Shown in pieces: positions 58,284-64,000 of a stretch of 64,000 nt of DNA. Within the stretch, counting starts at the first letter, position 1. The number at the start of each line of letters is the position of its first letter. This stretch comes from Bdellovibrio sp. (GTDB taxonomy: Bacteria > Bdellovibrionota > Bdellovibrionia > Bdellovibrionales > Bdellovibrionaceae), in contig JAKFCY010000002.1 of assembly GCA_036676395.1 (NCBI GenBank), forward strand, positions 2,432,001 through 2,496,000, read 5' to 3'. The notes under the pieces were generated by a model. The model made no database searches. It saw only the letters and a list, made by a program, of their open reading frames with translations, and was not told the origin of the DNA. A program made the position numbers and the translations under genes.

Positions 58284-59216
58284 TTAGCCAGCTACAGTGA
58301 CCTTGTTGCGGCCGTTTTGTTTACTTGAGTATAAAGCTTTGTCTGCGCGATCATAGACTGACTCCCAAGTGTCGATGCTATTGAATTGCGCCACACCAAT
58401 TGAGATTGTTACAGGAACTTTACGACCATCAAAAATAAATTCATGAGCTTCTACAGTTTGACGAATACGTTCAGCCACTTCTGCAGCGGTTTTGATGTTC
58501 GTAGCTTGCAATAAAGTTACAAACTCTTCTCCGCCGAAACGCGCAAAGTAATCATTGGCGCGAACCAGGCGCGCTTGCATAAGCTTACCTAATTCACGTA
58601 ATACATAATCCCCGCCTGGATGGCCGAAATTATCATTCACCTTTTTGAAAAAATCGATATCAAAAGTAATAACTGATAAAGGTTCACCTAAGTTTTTCGC
58701 ACGCTGAATAATCTCGGGGCCTTTTTCTAATAATGCGCCTTTAGAGTAAGCTCCGGTAAGAGCATCTTTTTGCGCTTTTTCTAAAGTCCTTTGATTGGCA
58801 ATAATTTCAATACTGCCTTTTTCTAAGAATTTCAAAATTACATTACCAGCTTTGATTCTGTCGCTGTTATGTAATTTTCTTTGCACCATCGGAACTGCAA
58901 TTTGATCGTTTACCGAAGTTTTATTTGTTGAATTCATATCCATGATCACAACATCAAAACCGGCCTGCATAATTTTTGCGTGCGAGCGGCTTAAAGAAGT
59001 ATCGTTGATATAGATGTCACAATCCGGAGAACGACCGATTGTCATGTCAGGTTTTGTGACCAACCACTGTTTTCCAACAGCTTCAGTCGGACCAACTAAA
59101 CACACAAGAGCCGGAGGCGCATCATCAGCTTGTTTAAGCGCACCCCTGAAAGTGTCGCTCAAAGCTCCCATCACCGTTGCTTCTTGTTCGTTATTTTTCG
59201 ACATGTTGTAACTCAC
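58284..59216 (-). CDS. dgcB: FHA-GGDEF diguanylate cyclase, DgcB-like
   Basis: N-terminal tail with Thr, FHA (IGRS...SLSRSHA...STNKT), DALTG, RxxD I-site (RAND), GGEEF. Confidence 0.85.
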   Translation of the reverse strand: MSYNMSKNNEQEATVMGALSDTFRGALKQADDAPPALVCLVGPTEAVGKQWLVTKPDMTIGRSPDCDIYINDTSLSRSHAKIMQAGFDVVIMDMNSTNKTSVNDQIAVPMVQRKLHNSDRIKAGNVILKFLEKGSIEIIANQRTLEKAQKDALTGAYSKGALLEKGPEIIQRAKNLGEPLSVITFDIDFFKKVNDNFGHPGGDYVLRELGKLMQARLVRANDYFARFGGEEFVTLLQATNIKTAAEVAERIRQTVEAHEFIFDGRKVPVTISIGVAQFNSIDTWESVYDRADKALYSSKQNGRNKVTVAG

Positions 59217-59311
59217 CTCTATTAAGAAAGTATGCTCGAGAAAATATCATTGATCAATCAAGGACTAGACTTAAGAAAGGCTAAGTTTACCTCTAGAAAC
59301 GAGACAAAGTA

Positions 59312-60427
59312 TTATGATACAGCAACGTCTTCTTCGATACGGTGAAAACCCTTCCACTCTTTTAAACGTCCGTGCGGACGAGTGTCAGATTCTGTATATT
59401 CAAAAAGAACGTAAGTTAATTTAGTGATCCGGCCAAGTGATGTAACATCTAAAGATGTCAGCTCGGTCCAGGTTCCGGTATTAAAATATTCTTTACGGGT
59501 TCCCCATTTACGGTATTCATAAACATGGGTGTGGCCAAAAACCACTGAATGGACGCGCTCATCAGCCAAAATTCTTTTAGCAGCCAGACTTAAATCCGGA
59601 AAGATCGCGCTCTCTAAGAAAATTTTTAAAAGTTTTTTTAACGGCCACTTATAGCGAGGGTCTGCCGAAAATAAAATTTGATAGATATATTTAGACAACA
59701 AACCAATCGATTTGAACATAACGGCTGTTTCATTAAACAACGCCCAGCGAATCATTGCACCAAAAGGGCGAATTTTATCTACATGTGGGTAACGTTCTTT
59801 AATCTTTAAAACTAGCTCTACAAAAAAATGTGAACCAAAAGGTAAATTTAAAATTGGTTCTGGCACACCTTGTTTGATAAAAAATTTGCGCGGGTCCATG
59901 CGGTTGGCCGCTTCATGCATATGACCGTGTTCGATATGAATGCCATCGATATAATAAATAATACTTTTATATTGTAAGGGTTTACCCACGAACTGATCTA
60001 AATAATCGCGACAGGCCTGAAACATCATGCCTTGATCATGGTTGCCGATCACATAGGTAATTTGACGAAATTGTTGCGCTAAAAAATCGCCCATTGCTTT
60101 AAACACCGGGGCATGCGCTGAAATAATAGTTTTTAAAACTTCTAAGGCAATTGTTTCTGTAATCGCAGTTAGATAATGACCTTTATAATCAACTTGCAAG
60201 AAATTTAAAAAATCACCGTTGATAATCACTTCGACTTCGTAATCACGGTAAGCACCAGATGAATAGTACTGAAAAAATTCAACTAACTTATCTGCGTAAT
60301 AGAATTCTTCTAATGAATTCAGGCCGCCATCTTCTAAAAGACGCCCTTTACCCAAATGCAAATCGCTGATCACTAGCTTGATCTTCTTTGCTGGTCTTTT
60401 AACGTCTTCCGTGATCGTTCCTGCCAT
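59312..60427 (-). CDS. Calcineurin-like metallophosphoesterase
   Basis: SDLHLG, NGDF, GNHD, EHGH, FGHTH, NTGTW. Confidence 0.9.
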   Translation of the reverse strand: MAGTITEDVKRPAKKIKLVISDLHLGKGRLLEDGGLNSLEEFYYADKLVEFFQYYSSGAYRDYEVEVIINGDFLNFLQVDYKGHYLTAITETIALEVLKTIISAHAPVFKAMGDFLAQQFRQITYVIGNHDQGMMFQACRDYLDQFVGKPLQYKSIIYYIDGIHIEHGHMHEAANRMDPRKFFIKQGVPEPILNLPFGSHFFVELVLKIKERYPHVDKIRPFGAMIRWALFNETAVMFKSIGLLSKYIYQILFSADPRYKWPLKKLLKIFLESAIFPDLSLAAKRILADERVHSVVFGHTHVYEYRKWGTRKEYFNTGTWTELTSLDVTSLGRITKLTYVLFEYTESDTRPHGRLKEWKGFHRIEEDVAVS

Positions 60428-60432
60428 TAATA

Positions 60433-61749
60433 TTAGTCTACTTTTTTAAGTGCTGGTTTATTCTCTTCTTGTAATTCTAAGTTAGCCATCGCTAATCGCA
60501 GCGCTCGTGTAGTACGTTTGAACGACTCTTGATTAGTATCAATAACCTTATTCAATTCTACACACTTCTGACGGTAGCTTTCAACTTCCAGTTGAACTTG
60601 ATCTAATTTACGACGTACATCAAGGATTTGTTCGTCTTTAGTCTTAACTAACGCATTCTTTTCTGCACGAATTAACTCTAGACGATTTTCTAGTTCGCGC
60701 TCACGCACGCGAATTTTCTTTAAATCAAATTTCATTCTTGACTCAAGCTCTTCGATTTTCATCGACGCTTTGACGATCTCGGCATCTTTACGCATGATCT
60801 GGCTTTTTAAAATGCCATTTTCATTTTTGAATGATTGCTCTAATGAGTCACGATCAGCTTTAAATTCATGTAACTGACCCGTTAATAAATCTGCGCGCTC
60901 TTTTACGATTTCAGACGCAGCGATTAATTCTTCATTTTGTGAACGTAATTTTTCATTGTCTTTTTCTAAATCTAAAATCTTTTCTTGCGCGATACGTAAA
61001 TTTTCTGACTGCGCTAAGTTTGAATCTGAAGATCCCCACGCCGCATAACCACTCGAAAAGGCATTGCCGCGCATTTGTCCGACAGAAACTTTGACTTTAT
61101 CACCGTAATCTTCAGACGCACGCTGAGAAAACCCTGCAACAGCAACTGTCTTTTCACCATCACCGCTATCAACATTACCAAAATCTTCCATCGCTGGCGG
61201 CATATCAGATTGAATTTCTGTTGCTGCTGTTTTTTCATCTGCACCCAAACTTGAATAATCGGAACGTTGCGGGTCGGCACCTGAACCAAATAAACTTGGT
61301 TCGCTACCTGGTAAAGCCGTCGGAGGCTGTGGTACAACTTCAGGTGCTGCAGCTGCCGCAATTGCATCCTCATTATCAAATAAGCTGACTTCTTTTTTTG
61401 GAGTTTCAGGAGTTTGAAATTGTGCGAAAGCATTCGCATCAGGCTCAGCTGGTACTTCGAAGATATCGCCAACGATGCCTTCTAAAGAATCTTCATTATC
61501 TAAATTAATATTAATTGCGTCAGGAGAAAACAACCCTGAAATCGAGCCATCTTCAAGTTGAATAATATTTTCTTCGCCATCTTCTGATGCCGAAATATTT
61601 TTTAATAAATCAGGATCTAAACCTAAATCATTGCCGAAAGAATCATCCGAGATGGCTTTATCGACATCTTTTAAATCTTCCATCAACGATGATAGAATAT
61701 CATCCGCTGTTTGCGATTTTTCTTGTTTCGGTTTTTGGCTTTTGCTCAT
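60433..61749 (-). CDS. Acidic disordered N-terminus plus long coiled-coil protein
   Basis: D/E/P-rich first ~240 aa, heptad-rich remainder. Confidence 0.75.
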   Translation of the reverse strand: MSKSQKPKQEKSQTADDILSSLMEDLKDVDKAISDDSFGNDLGLDPDLLKNISASEDGEENIIQLEDGSISGLFSPDAININLDNEDSLEGIVGDIFEVPAEPDANAFAQFQTPETPKKEVSLFDNEDAIAAAAAPEVVPQPPTALPGSEPSLFGSGADPQRSDYSSLGADEKTAATEIQSDMPPAMEDFGNVDSGDGEKTVAVAGFSQRASEDYGDKVKVSVGQMRGNAFSSGYAAWGSSDSNLAQSENLRIAQEKILDLEKDNEKLRSQNEELIAASEIVKERADLLTGQLHEFKADRDSLEQSFKNENGILKSQIMRKDAEIVKASMKIEELESRMKFDLKKIRVRERELENRLELIRAEKNALVKTKDEQILDVRRKLDQVQLEVESYRQKCVELNKVIDTNQESFKRTTRALRLAMANLELQEENKPALKKVD

Positions 61750-61780
61750 CTTGACCTAACCCGTTAAATTACCTAAGTAT

Positions 61781-61808
61781 TTATCGGTCTAAAGACGAGC
61801 GAACTAGA
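61781..61808 (-). promoter_or_regulatory. sigma28-like promoter
   Basis: TCTA-N16-ACCGATAA. Confidence 0.6.
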
Positions 61809-62028
61809 GTGATCTTGTATCAAAATGTTAAATCAGCAAAAATCGCTGAAGAGTGTCTTAGAATGAGATTATTTTAGACTGAAGTCGTGAAATATCAAAC
61901 AGGTCCTGCTAGCTGCCGACTGAGCTCTGCTCCATCAACTTGAAGCAGAACCTACAAAGCAAGGCTTAACTAAACAAAACACATGGCGATAAGTAATTAC
62001 ATTCAAATAAAGACACAGCGTCTTCACA

Positions 62029-62736
62029 CTAAGGGGAGGTTACGAAAGTAATCTCCCTTTTTTTCATTTCATTTTGTAAAACAAAATATTTAACTTCATT
62101 GTATTCTTTCTTAGACATTCTATTAAATTCGCCAGAAATAATATAAGCATTAAAGTATCTGACACTATCTGAAGTTTTAATGTTTGGGGTAGCGTGAAGA
62201 ACAAATCTGTATAAAACTTCGTGTAAAATCGCATGGGCCTGATCAGCTTTAGTCATCAATAGCCACAAATCAGTTGAGATAAGGTATCGCTTATCTTTTA
62301 CTGTGATAGGTTCTGTTTGTATAACCAATTGTTTTAGTTCTGAAGAATACGGAATAAAAGAAATGCCTGTATCCGGCACCGGCAACAAAACAATTCCCGA
62401 AACAAAGTTTGCTTCGGCTTCAAAGTCTTCAACAAATCCAGTTAGCTCAGCAGCAAGCTCAAGATCATGTTTTTTTACAGAGTCTAAAAGTTGAACCGCG
62501 TAATCGACTGCCGAAGCTGGCTCAACGAAATTATCTGCCATCGAAAGAGGCTTCATTTGATAGCGAATGTCTGCCTCATAAGTATCATAGAAAGCTCCTG
62601 CATAGCCCTGGCGGCCATAACAGTGGCCTGATTCGGGCTTTAGGCAAACGATGATGTTTCCACCATTACCAACACGGCCTATTGCTGCAAGATCTAATGA
62701 AAATAAAAGCACTAAAATAAATAGTTTTTTAAACAT
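62029..62736 (-). CDS. Secreted hypothetical protein with HE-containing motif
   Basis: Signal peptide, GRVGNGGNIIVC, QAHAILHEVLYR, SDSVRYFN. Confidence 0.7.
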   Translation of the reverse strand: MFKKLFILVLLFSLDLAAIGRVGNGGNIIVCLKPESGHCYGRQGYAGAFYDTYEADIRYQMKPLSMADNFVEPASAVDYAVQLLDSVKKHDLELAAELTGFVEDFEAEANFVSGIVLLPVPDTGISFIPYSSELKQLVIQTEPITVKDKRYLISTDLWLLMTKADQAHAILHEVLYRFVLHATPNIKTSDSVRYFNAYIISGEFNRMSKKEYNEVKYFVLQNEMKKREITFVTSP

Positions 62737-62892
62737 GCTTTATTTACTAATACTTTTTTTTGACAATCAAACATTAACTAAAAAATTTTAAGCTTTATTT
62801 TCTAGAACATTTACTCGCTTGCTCCACTTTTAAGGAGCGCCTGCATTTCCTTTTGACAGCGCACAGACAATATCAATACCCTTAAGTTATCA

Positions 62893-63648
62893 ATGAAGAA
62901 TAATCTCCTAATTAAAATAGTTAATGATCACTTTCAAAAGCTTTCTAACAAAAACAAACGTTTTAGCAAACGTTCGTTTGCCTTAAAGATCGGTCTTAGC
63001 TCTGGGGCTTTAACCGACTTTCTTTCTGGCAAACGTGGTATTTCCAAAAAGAAAGCTCAAGAAGTTCTTGAAAAAATCGGCTACTCTGAAAAAGAACAAC
63101 TGCAGATTTTAAATTATAATCCACTACTTACCGAGTCGAAACCACGCGCATTCAAAAAAATAGAGCACGATATCTTTGATGTGCTTTTATCTTGGGAGCA
63201 CTTAGCTATTCTATCCTTAACTAAAACTAAAAATTTTAATTCATCAGCGCACTGGATTGCTAAAAAACTTTCATTAGAGATCGAAGTGGTTGAAAAAGCC
63301 TTACTTAACCTTGAAAATCACAACTTAATCAAACGCGACAATGAAACAATCACCATTAATAACGAAGACGTCGAAACTTTTGATAATATTCCTTCAGCTG
63401 CCATCAAAAAATCGCATCTGCAAGATCTTGAAATTCATAAAAGGAATTTAGCCGAAATACCCGTCGAACTACGCGATATGTCTTCAATCACGTTATCTTT
63501 AGATGTGCAGCAAATGGAACTATTAAGATCAGCGATTCGTCTTTTTCAGGAACAAGTCGCTGAAATAGCAGAAACCAGCAATGCCACAGAGGTCTATAAG
63601 ATGTCGATCTATCTAGGCCCCTTAAGTAACTTTAGTGTTTCAACTTGA
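62893..63648 (+). CDS. TIGR02147/DUF4423-like HTH regulator
   Basis: FSKRSFALKIGLSSGALTDFLSGKRGIS, WEHLAILSL, WIAKKL, RDMSSITL, EVYKMSI. Confidence 0.85.
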   Translation: MKNNLLIKIVNDHFQKLSNKNKRFSKRSFALKIGLSSGALTDFLSGKRGISKKKAQEVLEKIGYSEKEQLQILNYNPLLTESKPRAFKKIEHDIFDVLLSWEHLAILSLTKTKNFNSSAHWIAKKLSLEIEVVEKALLNLENHNLIKRDNETITINNEDVETFDNIPSAAIKKSHLQDLEIHKRNLAEIPVELRDMSSITLSLDVQQMELLRSAIRLFQEQVAEIAETSNATEVYKMSIYLGPLSNFSVST

Positions 63649-63716
63649 GAATGGTTTTTAATAAATCCCACCTTAAGGCCATCCTGCCTTAAACTGAATT
63701 CGCGGGGATATTATAC

Positions 63717-64000
63717 ATGAAATCAATTTTAGCAATTGCTATTGCTTCTCTTTTTTCAATTCAAAGCCCGGCTCAAAGTGGCGGAAGCGGCCGGATAAAC
63801 CACGAGACTATAATTCACCTGGCTGTAAAATCAAAATGTAAGGCCTCGGTCTTAAGCGTTAGATGCGCAGGTGGAATCAAATTCGACGAACTGAAATTAA
63901 CTGGGTGGAAAAAAGATGCTGTCCTTGCAAATTATTATGAATACACCGGTGCTGTTGAGCCTGATTTATTTAATTCACATCACGATAAAAGAAATGCTTT
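63717..64000 (+). CDS. Secreted hypothetical protein (truncated by the window end)
   Basis: GGGGA RBS; MKSILAIAIASLFSIQSPAQ...; frame open to the window end. Confidence 0.6.
   Translation, partial: MKSILAIAIASLFSIQSPAQSGGSGRINHETIIHLAVKSKCKASVLSVRCAGGIKFDELKLTGWKKDAVLANYYEYTGAVEPDLFNSHHDKRNA

Overview
AT-rich bacterial chromosome segment that by gene content and order looks like a Bdellovibrionaceae predator (inference: myxobacterial-type gliding OMP/TPR genes, FHA-GGDEF DgcB-like cyclase, TIGR02147-like regulator, tail-fibre-like adhesins, cti). Most of it is housekeeping: the Kdo/pyrG operon, polA, eno, argS, lipA-E2-lpdA-lipB, phoH and an ECF sigma cluster. Two accessory regions stand out. 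(1) A RAYT (Y1 HUH) gene bounded by a perfect 29-bp inverted pair of GTAG-hairpin REP-like repeats sits inside the Kdo operon. The host genes on both sides carry a mirror-symmetric ~150-nt zone in which T-ending codons are almost absent, suggesting strand-specific mutagenesis centred on the repeats; this is the most novel signal seen. (2) Three secreted mosaic fibre genes with different tip domains, each behind its own sigma28-like promoter and apparently leaderless, are transcribed divergently from a FecR-like / beta-barrel / adenylate cyclase operon. Recurrent sigma28-like, sigma54-like and GTCTCA-N3-TGAGAC motifs are visible in intergenic DNA. No rRNA, tRNA, CRISPR array or reverse transcriptase was seen. 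All counts were done by hand and no database searches were run.
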